Source: Tubiluchus corallicola
Lineage: Eukaryota > Animalia > Priapulida
DNA: 64,000 bases
Direction of reading: 5' to 3'
Assembly (NCBI GenBank): GCA_030141605.1
Contig: JAQGDQ010000195.1
Location: forward strand, 186,001 to 250,000
A program made the translations under genes and the position numbers. Positions 11,233 through 23,042 of this stretch are shown one piece after another; position 1 is the stretch's first letter, and every line of letters begins with the position of its first letter. The notes beneath the pieces are model-generated. The model made no database searches. It was given only the letters and a program-made list of their open reading frames with translations, and was not told where the DNA came from.

Positions 11233-11899
11233 GTTATGTTTATGTATAAACCCATGCAGTATCACTGCAGATAACCAGGGAATGGAAATTCAAAGTAATT
11301 AGCAGACGGTTCATACAAAAAATACACAAAATCCTATTGAAGGCAAAAAAAGACTTTATATTATTTGTTTTTAATTGCTCTGTTGTGCATTTTACTAAAT
11401 TCTAATAATCCATTTGAAAGTATTAGCTGTTCTATGCAAATTACGCAGTTTAAAAACAATCCGACTAAACAAACAGTTGGCACAAAAAATATTCATATTT
11501 ACTGCCAAGCTTTTTTAATTTGATGTATTATGAGATAGTTGCGCTGCTGGAAATTAGGATCCGGTTAAGCCTGTAGCACTGTAAAGTATGGTAATAGCTG
11601 TAGTAATCTGCCAGAATGTATTAACAATACAGTATATTTTTATGTTGTTCGTGTAAACAGATTTCACGCATGCTTAGTGGCAAAGCAAATGTAATAAAAA
11701 TCTGTATAGTCTGTTCAGTCTAGAAGGACAAGAAAAGGGGTACCTGAAGTAGGAATCAGAAACATCGCCTTAAAAATAAAAGGATTTTTTGTTTGTTTTC
11801 ATTTTAAATCTCCTGCAATACTGTTCCGATTGCGCCACGACATGACGTCATATACACACAACGCAACTCAGGGGAAAAAAGGAAATGTTAAACTATATC

Positions 11900-12368
11900 C
11901 AAAAAACTTTGCATGCAAAATCATATTACTTAGCATTTCATTTACCTGTTTGAAAGACTTATGTAACTAGAAAAGGAAATTATTAATTATTTAAAATGTT
12001 TTCACCAATTGGTAAAATGTCATTGTCTCACCTCCAGTATGCACCACTCACTAATCAAAAAACGTATTTTTAATCTTATTGGCAAAATACAGTAATTCAA
12101 TTTTTTAAAAATTTTACTTAGTGACGTGTGCGCTACGAATGCTCTGATTATTTTTTCAAACTTTGAATAGTGTTATCTAAAGTTGTTTCAAATGACTTAT
12201 CATTAAAATGGAAAATCGCTGCGTTTAACAGTCATCTCAGGAGTTTAAATTTACATATTTATACAGTGTTACTGTCTACGCATGCAGAAAGTCAGTATGT
12301 AAATGGTATAAAATTTCAAAGACGAATTTTTAAGCTTTATGTATGTGGAGGGTATTCTTGCGCGTTAA
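11900..12368 (-). repeat. Copy of dispersed repeat family (terminal arm of the element at 41524-43606)
   Basis: Shares blocks GCTCTGATTATTT, GTGTTATCTAAA, CATTAAAATGG, GCACCACT and ends CTTGCGCG-TTAA like 43130-43610. Further partial copies at ~28795-28930 (+) and ~56140-56400 (+). Confidence 0.75.
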
Positions 12369-13267
12369 TGGAAAATGCACTTTCGCAATGTATGTTTGTT
12401 ACTATTATGACATCTTCTAACTAAACCACAACTATTAAGTCTTCCCATTCAACACTGTGGTTACGAGTCTCTAGAGGTAAGCATTATGAATAAATAATGA
12501 TAGGTAATACAACTATTCTTCGGCCTGCCACAGCTATTTCTACAGTCAGCACTTTCTGATTTATGGAAAGAACGTCGACTGTGCCCTGGAGCAAGACATG
12601 TAAGTCAAGGATCTAAAAGAAAAGACGTGTCATGACAGGTTAGCAGTTCACGCTGAAGTACAGTGACAAAACGCAAGTCAAACCTGTAATACGGCCAAAG
12701 GGCGCCATAAAATGTGACAGTGCCAATTTGCCGTTTAACGACAGTCACGTTCTAGAAACATGGAATGTTTTCGTTATCTGTCTCGTTTTGTTAACTGGAT
12801 GGCGATTAGAACCAGTTGCTATTTTTCACTTAGTGGTTAGTTCACACCAGCAAATCAGTTAAAACATTTCCTTTAACATTATTTAACCAGTCTTGTCACA
12901 AAAGTTCACTTCTGTTCAGTATAACACCTGCTTGCTTATGTCGATTTGAGTACTATTTAGCATAGGTATGCAAACCTGCCAACCATTTGATATAAAAACC
13001 AGCGTGAAACATAGAAAATCCGGGGATCATTTTGCCTCTGGCAGGGACCAAGGTGTAAATTAATACCCCAAAAAATTTGGCATTTTGGGTGTCAAAATCA
13101 AAATAAGTGTATCCAAAAAAATTGGACAAGAAAAATCAAAAAGATTAAGGCAATTACAGTTCACTATGCATTATGTATATAAAAATATGTTTTTTGTATA
13201 AACAGGAGAAGTTCAATGGCACCCCTAATACAGTTTAGTATAATAATAAGTTTATTGATGAACTTAT

Positions 13268-13419
13268 TACAATACAATACAATACAATACAATACAATAC
13301 AATACAATACAATACAATACAATACAATACAATACAATACAATACAATACAATACAATACAATACAATACAATACAATATATTATAATATAATATAATAC
13401 AATACAATATAATACAATA
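13268..13419. repeat. (CAATA)n microsatellite
   Basis: Direct reading; resumes after 13935. Confidence 0.98.
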
Positions 13420-13933
13420 TGTGTGCTTGCAAACCAAAATCGTCCATAAGTCGGCATAGTTAAAACTAAGTTATGATGCTTCAAAGAAGAATACACCAAA
13501 AATTTGGTCAAATGTGAATTTTTTGTTTTTTATAAAGATAAACCGTAAATATACTGGACTTTTATATTCTAGCACAAAATTATCAAGAAAATGTCCAAAA
13601 AATAAATTTACTTTTATAACCCAATGCCCACTTTTCTGAATAGAAAATAGTACTGCAATTGTAAAAAACTTGTACTTTCGTACAGTTGCTAAGTGTTTTA
13701 TAGAGACGCGACAAAAACAACGGCTGACTTCAACAACGATTTTCTCAAGATTATGTTCTTCAGTGCGTAGCGTGTGCCTCAACTTCAACGTGGATTATCT
13801 AAGCTTAGAAATAACATAGAGCGATGAGCTTGGTATCAAAATGATCCCAATAAAATGCAGATTCAGGATACGTGAATGACTAGATAAGCTTAATTATGGA
13901 CGATTTTGGACGATTTTGCTATGCAAGCACACA
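13420..13933. mobile_element. MITE / non-autonomous DNA transposon (514 bp) inserted in the microsatellite
   Basis: Inverted ends TGTGTGCTTGCAAACCAAAATCGTCCA versus reverse complement TGTGTGCTTGCATAGCAAAATCGTCCA; TA on both flanks; no ORF. Confidence 0.85.
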
Positions 13934-15934
13934 TATAATGCAATACAATACAATATAATAAACACAACATACAAAGATAATAAACTTAAATGTTTGGTTT
14001 AGCATCATCATACAATTTACATAAAAATAGTACATTTAAAGAAAAAGAAATTTGTTGTTTTATGTTTTATAGTATACATCGTGAGACTCATGAATGCTAA
14101 GTACTGTATTATTGATAGTAGTACTAATAAAATTGTGTTGTGAACTTATAGTTGGTACTCAAGGATCAGGAAGTCAGGTGATTTCCAAACTAGCAGGTGA
14201 AGTAGTGGAATGCCTGAGAACTGAAATTTGATGCGTGTGCACGTGTGAAAGACTTAAAATGCATGTGACACATGCTCAATATGTGAGAGGTGTCAGGTTT
14301 GGATATGCAGTCATGTGATACTGTTCACTGTTTTAATAGACAGAATATGTTAAACCAAGCTATCTTAATTACCCTGGTAATATGTAATATGCTTTTTGAT
14401 TTTTTGCCTAAAAACATGATCAACGATTGTTTGCCTTTATGCCTTCACTATTTTTGGATAAACTATAACCATGAAAACCAGAGAGGGCTTTGTAAGCCAG
14501 TCTTAGACAAAGTCACCACTCCAGCTACTCTCTTTGTATAAGCGTGCTTGAATTTTGTTGTGAGACTTAACGTAAAATGCTTTCTGCACTGTGTTGCTTC
14601 TTCAGAGCACCAGATGATTTAAAAGGGAAAAGGGTCAAATTTTAAACTATAGCTAACATTACTCTAATGCATAAAATGTTGAAAGAGAACCTAATTATTT
14701 TTTGAGAGTGATTTATGTGAAATAATTATCAGAATGGAAGTTTAATTTTACATTTGCTGGTTAGATGGACACAACACCTGCATCTCGGAAATGTGTTGCA
14801 CAAAAAAACAGGCGTTGTACCTCTCAGTTCAGCTATGATGTAGTGCACACTTCAAGAACTTGTGTGTCAGCACAACGGTAAAATTAAAATTAATTTAAGT
14901 TTTTCAACTTAAAATTTCCCGAGTTTTTGGGCATCACACTGAATGTTGTACAGTATCAATGACCTTCAAGTTTCGATTTCACTACCACGTGCAACACGTT
15001 TGTGCTGTTGAAAATTATGTTCATTTGTGATGTCATCAAAAACAGCGCTCAACAACCATTAAGAAAATTTTTAACCTATTATTTAATTATCAGAAACACG
15101 TTGGCACTATTACAGAATATAGATGTTAAAATGTATACTTTTTACTGTACATTAAAATGAGGTAGAATGTGAAAAATCATCCTGTTTTCCTTTAATAAAA
15201 CAAAAAAACAACAAAAAACTTAAGTGACTGCTTTCATACATATTCAAAATCTCAGATTAAATTGTCAAATCAACAAGACAAATGTATCACATAATAATTC
15301 ACATTATAACTTGGAATTTTTAGCAATTAGCAAATGCAACTGTGCTGAACAAATGTTTATTTTTCACACAAATAACCCAAACTTTTCTCCTATTAGCTGC
15401 CTTTGACAACTCGGTCACCCTTATAACCCATTAGAGCTGCTTAGTTTACACTTCACTCTGAAGCGATTTGCCGCATTTCTGTCACAAAAATTTTACCTGA
15501 AAGCAAGCCAGATGATACCCGGGCCTTTTTGGAACCCTTCTAATCAAACTTGAGGAAATCAGTTATTAGTTCCTTGGTTTTGCAAACCTAACATTTTTCC
15601 CACATTGCGGATTAATGGGCTGATTAAGGAGAAAAACAGGAAAAAATGCAAAATGTCTACCATTCTGTGCATTGTTGAACTAATGTTGCCCTATACAGTA
15701 CGTTCTCCAAAACAGTTACAGTGCTTTTTGGGCTCTTTATTTTCAACTTTTTTTACCTTTTTGATTTTTTTGGGGACTGTTTTGTACAACCGTGGAAAAA
15801 TTCAGCAGAAGCAGTTGTGGCACTGCCTATACTTGCAAATAGCCATTATAGGCTTTCTTCAAAGGCAAAAAAGTGCGACAGCTGTGATAACAAACTAGCA
15901 AAGTAAATTCATTGTTACACTAGACTAGACTCAC

Positions 15935-18900
15935 CTTTAGTAACTTCTGTGGCCCATCAGCTGCATGGATAGACAGCTTATGGAGCAGTTGCACTACAAT
16001 TAAAAGTAAATAAATCTATACATAAACAAAGAAATACTACTTCTTATGTTTTATTAGTTCAAATGGTCAACCAAAAATAAACATGCTCTATGCCAAAACT
16101 ATAAATCTAGTAAGGCGCTAAAGCATCGCTGGACTGGTCCCGTCATCCATTGATAAAATATAACAATAAATACATAAGGCCTGGTTTTCTTTTAAAAATT
16201 AAATTTGTTTAACATATATAAAAATTTTTCTGAATCGATTTCAGCTTGGGTATCTGTCAGTCCTAAGGTTTCGGGCTCTTATGGATATCCTCTTTAGTAA
16301 TGCCAGTGTTTGATACACTACAGACAAAGTGAATGCCATTTGCATTAGCAGTAATAAACAGAAGCATTTAAAAAGCAAAATAAACATTGTTGTAATATAA
16401 GCATGCAGTTAAAATTCATAAACAATATTAAGTTCACTTTTTTGGAAACAAGAAAAAGCGTACATCAAGCTTTACACTGTCTGTAGTAGACAAAAGTGTA
16501 AACTTAGTCACTGGTGCCACCTACAGGTCAAATTGGGAATTATCGGACTCCGTAGTTAGAAATGCAGTTTTGCAAACTTAACCAAACTGTTATTAGGACA
16601 GTGCAACTAACCATCCATACTAATACATTTGAAATGTGTATCCAATCATTTAGCAAGCAAAAGCTATAGATACGAAATGCAAAGACCCATCATATTTTCC
16701 AATATTTACACAAGAAATTTGCGTTTAGCAGCATCAAAAGTGCTTACCCATGAGGCCACAAAATCTGTCGAATGTGCGAGGTATTCTTGTCTGCGGATTG
16801 ATCTGTATGAGTATGTTCTGTTCGGTGTGAACAAATACCTGAAGTAGACCAGCTCTGTTCAGAGGACTGTCCATCAGCATTAACAGACACTGCAAAAACA
16901 AGTGCTAATTTCAGTATTATGGATGCGTGTTAACGTCTCACAATGTTGAATTTAACTTTCAACCAATCAAACGCAATAATTCAGTTGCATCGTGGCAAAA
17001 CAAGTTCATTGTCTTAGTATATTGCCAGTTTATAGTCTAAATAAAGAAATGTATAGGACTGCACACGGTGCAATTACACACTTGTAATGCTTTTTTACCT
17101 CGCCTCTAGATGGCAGACAAAAAATCACATGGTCACCAAAGCCAACTTTACCAATGCCCAGTCTGCAAGTGTTGTTAGATCAAAGCTACAACAAGACAAT
17201 GCACATAGTAGGCTGCACATTATGAATACCATGGCAACAATTTTCGCGCTAAACTATGTCTTGTTGTACCACAAAATCGTACAATTTATTTTTACCAATA
17301 TCAATGGTTATTCAGGCGCAACAATGAAACTGGTAATTGCACTAATTTGCAGTTGCATGGTTAAAGAATCTAACAGTATCTAAGAAGTATCTAAATTAAA
17401 GTATTCATATCAAAAAATTATTTACGCCACCATCACTGTTGCAGCAATTAACGAGTAAAACAGATCAGTGTAATGATTTACCTGGTGAGTAATATCGGGC
17501 CGGCATTTGCTGGGATCTTTTTTAAATTTCTTCATCAGCATTTTATGTCTATCACAGTTTAGTAACTCAAAAGATTTTCCAGCCTACAACAAAAAGTCAT
17601 AGATAGTCGTAGATACAAACCCCTTAACCTGGTACCACAACATCACTGAGATATGCAGCAACTTAATATTAGTATAGATTATTGTTGTGGAGATCGCTGG
17701 CATCTATTAGAATTACTATGGAACATTGTAGAATGTTCCGTTAGAATAATTGTCTTACCGTGTAGAATGTTCAGGAACAAAACTTCTAGAAGCTTCTCGG
17801 GCACGCTATGTAAGGTGAAACAGGCCGCTGAGAGACACACATGCAGATTCACACGGACGCCACTTACACATTCTCATGTATACTTACGTTTTCGGATACA
17901 CTTAAACGTTTTCCAGATTTTCACATTTATTGTAATCATTTCGCGTTCCTACATACTTTTGTGTTGTAGAATTCTCGCTTAATAAACTAGTTTAATTTGA
18001 TGAAGTGTTTTCTGGTTTTCTCTACGAGCCTTCCGAGAGAAACAAAACACAATAATTATAGAGTGGATTGTACAATGACTGATAAGAGCAATAACAATAG
18101 GCCTAAATCAGTATGAAAAAAGACTATGAAGTACGTAAGTTGAATTTAATTTCAGAATCTTCGAGAAGTGCATTCATGATTAAACTTAATTCTTACATGA
18201 TCAAATGAATTTCTTTTACCAAATAGGTTATGAGTTTACATAAACCAAAGTAAGCCTAAATTAAACCAACAAGCCAGCAATAATAAAAGCAGACAAACTT
18301 AACAATCTTTATATTTTTGAAGTATCGAGATTAAGGACATTTTGCATTGTCTTTGTACAGAAATTCAGTAGACAATTAATGTTTTGTATCAGTGTGAAGT
18401 GTTGCCAAAATGCTTAAATGGCCAAAATGTAGTCAACCCAGTGTATGCACCATTTTTTACTCAAGTCACTTCAATTCAAGTTTACTTACCAATCAATAAT
18501 TTAATTCACTTTTCCCCTTAAAAAAGTCAACTTCTGACATATGACATTTAATAAAAAGATTACCGCTGAATGAATAACAAAAATTTATTAGGTAACAAAA
18601 AAATTTTGACCATCAAGTCACTCTAGATCCATTGAAATATATAATTATTAACCCACAGACTACATTGGGGGTGGAGGGGATGTAATGAAAACCTAAATTA
18701 CTAATTATACACTGTCAGTATGCCTACGCTGAATAAGAATCAAGTATGTGATTGCAGCATTCTACTATGAAAAACATTGAGCATTCTCCATATCGTCAAC
18801 CTTCAATGCTACAAGCTATTGATTCACAATATGCAAGGCAGTAGTGCAGTACGATCAACAAATTATAGGTAACCATTAGAACTGATTAAACCAACTGATT

Positions 18901-19164
18901 ATATTGGGGTCCATAAGAAAACTCACTAATGAAGGCTGTTGTTGCAATATTCGCAAATTAGTATGTCTACAAAAAAATCCATACGTTTCAGCCGCATTAG
19001 CTGCAATTCTGTAATGGAATGATCTAGGTATATGCAGCGTGTTCTCTCTACCACTTTTATATAAATAAGTGTATTCTGATCAAGTAACCATTCATTATGC
19101 AATGGTTTCATACCTAAATCAGGTAAAATAAATATAATATACATTATATAATTATAATATATAA

Positions 19165-19195
<31 letters not shown>

Positions 19196-22100
19196 ATATA
19201 CTATAAAATTAATATAATAATCAGATAACCAATCAAGCCGAAATTAAAACTGGTATAGTGTGACACTCACATTTCAGGAATTTGGGTGCCTATTAGGACG
19301 TGAGGTACAAAAATTAAAACATTCCAGTTAACATAGCGGTAAACAAAAACTGGAAAAAGTAATACTTACAGCATCAGCATTAATCACCCGAACTTGGTCA
19401 CAGTCTCCTCTTTGACAATATGTCTGCCGGCAATCATTTTTGCGGCCTTTTCATACTACGTTGATTCACGCATCAAACTAAATTATGTCTCGAAGTGTTC
19501 TTATCTGTCATTTATTATGCAAAGACGAAAGAATATATGCGACGTATCAATAATTGAATTAAAAACTTCATGAAGTTCCACTCGTTAGAGGCAAAAGATC
19601 TGAACGTAAACTGCATGTCATTCCCGAATTTAACATCCACCGGCCACACATTCCAGAAGTTGGGTTCCTCACACGTATGTTAACAATAAAAGTGACGATT
19701 TGTTTAGATATTTGAAGACCTCGGTTATACCGAGAAATAATCGTTAAAGACAAAAACCAAATAGAAATGCAAGTTTTCATGTTAACATTTCTTTCTCCTC
19801 GAGTTTAGAAACATTATGTAGACTATTCTTTTTGTGATATAAGCACATCATGGTCAACCAGCAGATTTACTAGGTTTTGACTCATGGCTGACCAGCTGGC
19901 TGAACAACATACAACTAGTAACAGATTCTCTCAAGACAATAATCATTTTCTTTATTCTGTAGAGACTGTGAGTGACATAATTGCAAAGAAAATGGAAAAA
20001 TGCCAAATGGCAATTACACTGGACACAGTGCCAAATAATCTATGTTAAAATAAATCACAGTAACAGTCATATCATCCCTAAAATTTCGCACAATTTCTCG
20101 AGGCAGAGACAGCATAGTTGAAAGCTTAGCGTGGTCTACGCCATGCTCAGATAAAGACAATGAGTTTCTAATCAAATGAGAGGCAACGTTGTGATCTTTT
20201 GCTTGGTTTTCCAGGCCATACAATCTCTCTTTCAGTTGAGAGTCAATTTGACCTAAAGTTAGCTCGTCATCATTAGGATAGAACGCATCCAATGTCTGCC
20301 GTCCGCTCATGTGCTCCCCAACTAGGGTAACCACCTTTTCAGAAGACAATTGCTCCCACAAACCGTCAGTTGCAATAATGAGGAATTTATCTCTAGGAGT
20401 CAGACGATGATATATCACTTCTGGGATTGCGGTAAGATACGGAGGCGTAAAGAAGTTATGCGGGACTATCAGATGACTCTGTTTGGGATCCTTAACGAAG
20501 CTTTTGAGCGTATCTGGTGGCCACTTGTAACGGTAATCTCCAAATGCCCGCAGTGGAACTAATTCTCCTAGTAATCGTTCGTTTCTAATCACAGTACTTG
20601 TTTCACTAGAAGGATGTTGAGACTTGATGCGTTTTACTTCATCAGGGTTATCCGTTGTATGATCATTTGATAGAACTTTAGCTATCCATTGATTGTTCTC
20701 ATCCATGCTACCCAACACTGCGCGACTGTCACCACAGTTTGCTACATGAAGATGAGGTCCATCCACGTGAGCAACACATGCAGTGCATCCAGAGAATGCT
20801 ATTTCTAATCCTTCCACATTGACAACATCGTCTGTAGGAAGAGCCTCGAAGCCAATATCTGAATCCAATCTGGAAGCTGCTCTTTGCATAGCAATCGTCA
20901 TATCGAATTCATCATCAGAACCGCGCGATGCTTTCAGGTCGTCTATGTACCTTTCCAAACTATGTTTATACAGATCAGACAGTTCAACATTATAATAATC
21001 GTTTTCATGTCGATACCATTCCAACAATTCAACCGGCTCCGGATCGCGCGTGCTCAATGCACTAACCACATCTTCAAGCACGTTAGATGGAAGAAGGGAA
21101 ACGGCAATGTAATCAAACAACCTTTCACTAACAGCTTGGGCACAAGCACCACCACCGTGACCATCAAAAACGCCAAATAACATTCCGGGCGTTTTTAAAC
21201 ACTTGGCTTCCGCACGACGATCTTCATTTGGCTGATTAGATGCTAGCTGATTACATTCAAAACATTTCACCGAACACTCCCTATCAATCTCCACGCTCAT
21301 ATCATTCTGACGAAGAATTGCAGATACCTGACGAGGTGTTAGTTTTGGGTAGCTGTGCCTAGGACTTGAATAAATAGCTGTAATGCATAACTCTCGAACA
21401 CTGAAGCAATGCAACTGAGATTTTGATATAAGTTTCAACAAAGCTGGTATGACAGTTAGCAACATACTGAAATGAGTAATTAGGCAAATAACATAACCCC
21501 ACAATAGTTTCAACACATTCTTTCATGGGGTATTTGGTTTAAAACATCCTAATCTTCGCCTTGAGCATGTGCTTACATTTTGCTACCAAAAAACGCCCAG
21601 AACCTGCAACAAATGCAAAAGTATTTCACCAGAAAGTAACTAGAGTATATCCCCTGTATGTGGAATGTCTTTGCTATTCTCCCAAAAAGGCCAAATACCA
21701 AGTACGGATGGCTCTTCTTTTAGCAAATTTATCTTTTCTCATCAGCTGTTATGTTGCAAAAATCTTGAGCATTTCTTTCAGCTTTTTAAACAGAGTTATT
21801 CAATATTGCGATTTGTTTCCAACTGTGGATGCTGAAAAATCATCCAGTTTCAAAGCAGAGTAGGAAATTTAAGGGGTCGGACACATACAAGCATAAACCT
21901 TTGACTAATTAGATTTGACCAATAACTATCTACAGCATAGAACATACAAATGGGTTGACCACATTCCACCACAAGCTTCTTTCTTTATTAACATCAAAGT
22001 AGCGCATTTGTAACCAAACGTGTTTTTTCTTTTTCACATCAGTAGCAATTCACCACTGAGTAATTGAAATCATTGACCAGTTTTTTCCAGATTAACCTAT

Positions 22101-22922
22101 TTGCAATGACCTCTTCACAGCAGCTGCTTTAAAGCAAATGTCCTCATAAACAGTAATGAAAAAATTGGATCAGCAAAATAAGCTGCACAGAACAGTGTTT
22201 TGTATCTTGAATGAAATGCAACAAGTGTGCCATTTTCAACCAAATGGGCATTAATTCAAAATGGAAGATGGACGCTAAATATGAATAATATTAATTAACT
22301 AGTAGCTGCTGTTAGTTGTTAAAAATGTTGAAAAACATAGCCCTCAGTGTTCTGAAAATAAACTGGCTGGAAATGAATTGATGCAATGGAGTTCGTAAGC
22401 CACAACGTGATTAAGTAACTGTCTCACATTCTCGCCGTGCTTTACTCCCATGTAATTATCACTGTATGTAATAACAACTATATACTATATGCTGAAAAAT
22501 GAAATAAACTTATAAACTTTGAAAATGTGACATTTTAAATTTAGACTACAAAGTACTAAGCCTAAGGTACTGTTTTCAGCATACAAATTCCCTTTACATG
22601 ATTTCCCCCGATTTGATTTATTGTCGGGACCAAAACTCACACACAATTGTGACTAAATACACTACGAACCCGACTACTGTCGCTATTGGTAATGCGCCGG
22701 TAATCAAATACAATACAGTCCCACACTTAATAGGGATTTTATTAATAGGTTTTCGCGACGAAACTATATCTCAAAAAAAGATTAGATCTATACCTTTACG
22801 GTTTCCAGAGAAGAATTTTCCAGAATTACTATTAATTTCTTCTGGAGTTCTGCGCCACGAGTGGTTTTCATGAGCTTTGTGGGCTTTTCCCCAGCATTAT
22901 CACCTTCAATATGCGCCGACAT
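15935..22922 (-). CDS. EMG1: rRNA small subunit pseudouridine methyltransferase NEP1/EMG1, exons 1-4 (144 aa; C-terminal exons not found in window)
   Basis: Exons 22922-22794 (MSAH...[14 protein letters not shown]), 17583-17482 ([14 protein letters not shown]...RPDITHQ), 16889-16748 ([18 protein letters not shown]...[17 protein letters not shown]), 15993-15935 ([20 protein letters not shown]). All GT-AG, phases consistent, near-identical to recalled EMG1 sequence. Confidence 0.96.
17683..18054 (+). mobile_element. Solo LTR (372 bp) in EMG1 intron 1
   Basis: Begins TGTTGTG, ends CACAATA (one change from CACAACA); identical 5-bp flanks ATTAT at 17678-17682 and 18055-18059; AATAAA at 17981. Confidence 0.75.
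20014..21465 (-). CDS. PDP1: Pyruvate dehydrogenase phosphatase catalytic subunit (PP2C family), mitochondrial, 483 aa, uninterrupted CDS
   Basis: [78 protein letters not shown] at 21465 gives a basic, acid-poor transit-peptide-like N-terminus and lies 1 nt after a splice acceptor (CTAATTACTCATTTCAG). Confidence 0.95.
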   Translation of the reverse strand: MLLTVIPALLKLISKSQLHCFSVRELCITAIYSSPRHSYPKLTPRQVSAILRQNDMSVEIDRECSVKCFECNQLASNQPNEDRRAEAKCLKTPGMLFGVFDGHGGGACAQAVSERLFDYIAVSLLPSNVLEDVVSALSTRDPEPVELLEWYRHENDYYNVELSDLYKHSLERYIDDLKASRGSDDEFDMTIAMQRAASRLDSDIGFEALPTDDVVNVEGLEIAFSGCTACVAHVDGPHLHVANCGDSRAVLGSMDENNQWIAKVLSNDHTTDNPDEVKRIKSQHPSSETSTVIRNERLLGELVPLRAFGDYRYKWPPDTLKSFVKDPKQSHLIVPHNFFTPPYLTAIPEVIYHRLTPRDKFLIIATDGLWEQLSSEKVVTLVGEHMSGRQTLDAFYPNDDELTLGQIDSQLKERLYGLENQAKDHNVASHLIRNSLSLSEHGVDHAKLSTMLSLPREIVRNFRDDMTVTVIYFNIDYLALCPV

Positions 22923-23042
22923 CTTTAATTTTTGCTCGTTTGCTTGTTTCACCTTTGCTCGTTTGGTGGCGCTTTTCACAAAATCGGTAATCGATCTATG
23001 GCCGGCTTCAAGACATGAAAGTGTACGAAAAACGATGATATC
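22923..23042. promoter_or_regulatory. Bidirectional promoter between EMG1 and GDPD1
   Basis: Divergent start codons at 22922 (-) and 23043 (+); locally CpG-rich; no TATA seen; ATCGAT (DRE-like core) at 22990-22995. Confidence 0.7.

Noticed and set aside
13164-13511. Low-complexity ORFs (also 46113-46433, 58513-58863, 59437-59682, 61459-61864, 63010-63396)
   Set aside because: Translations of microsatellites.
16245-16300. Hairpin with CGAAAC in EMG1 intron 3 as a ribozyme or snoRNA
   Set aside because: No intact CUGANGA core in the right position and no clear C/D or H/ACA boxes.
21466-21516. PDP start at 21516 as in the ORF track
   Set aside because: That codon is GTG and the stretch is a branch point plus acceptor; ATG 21465 fits better.
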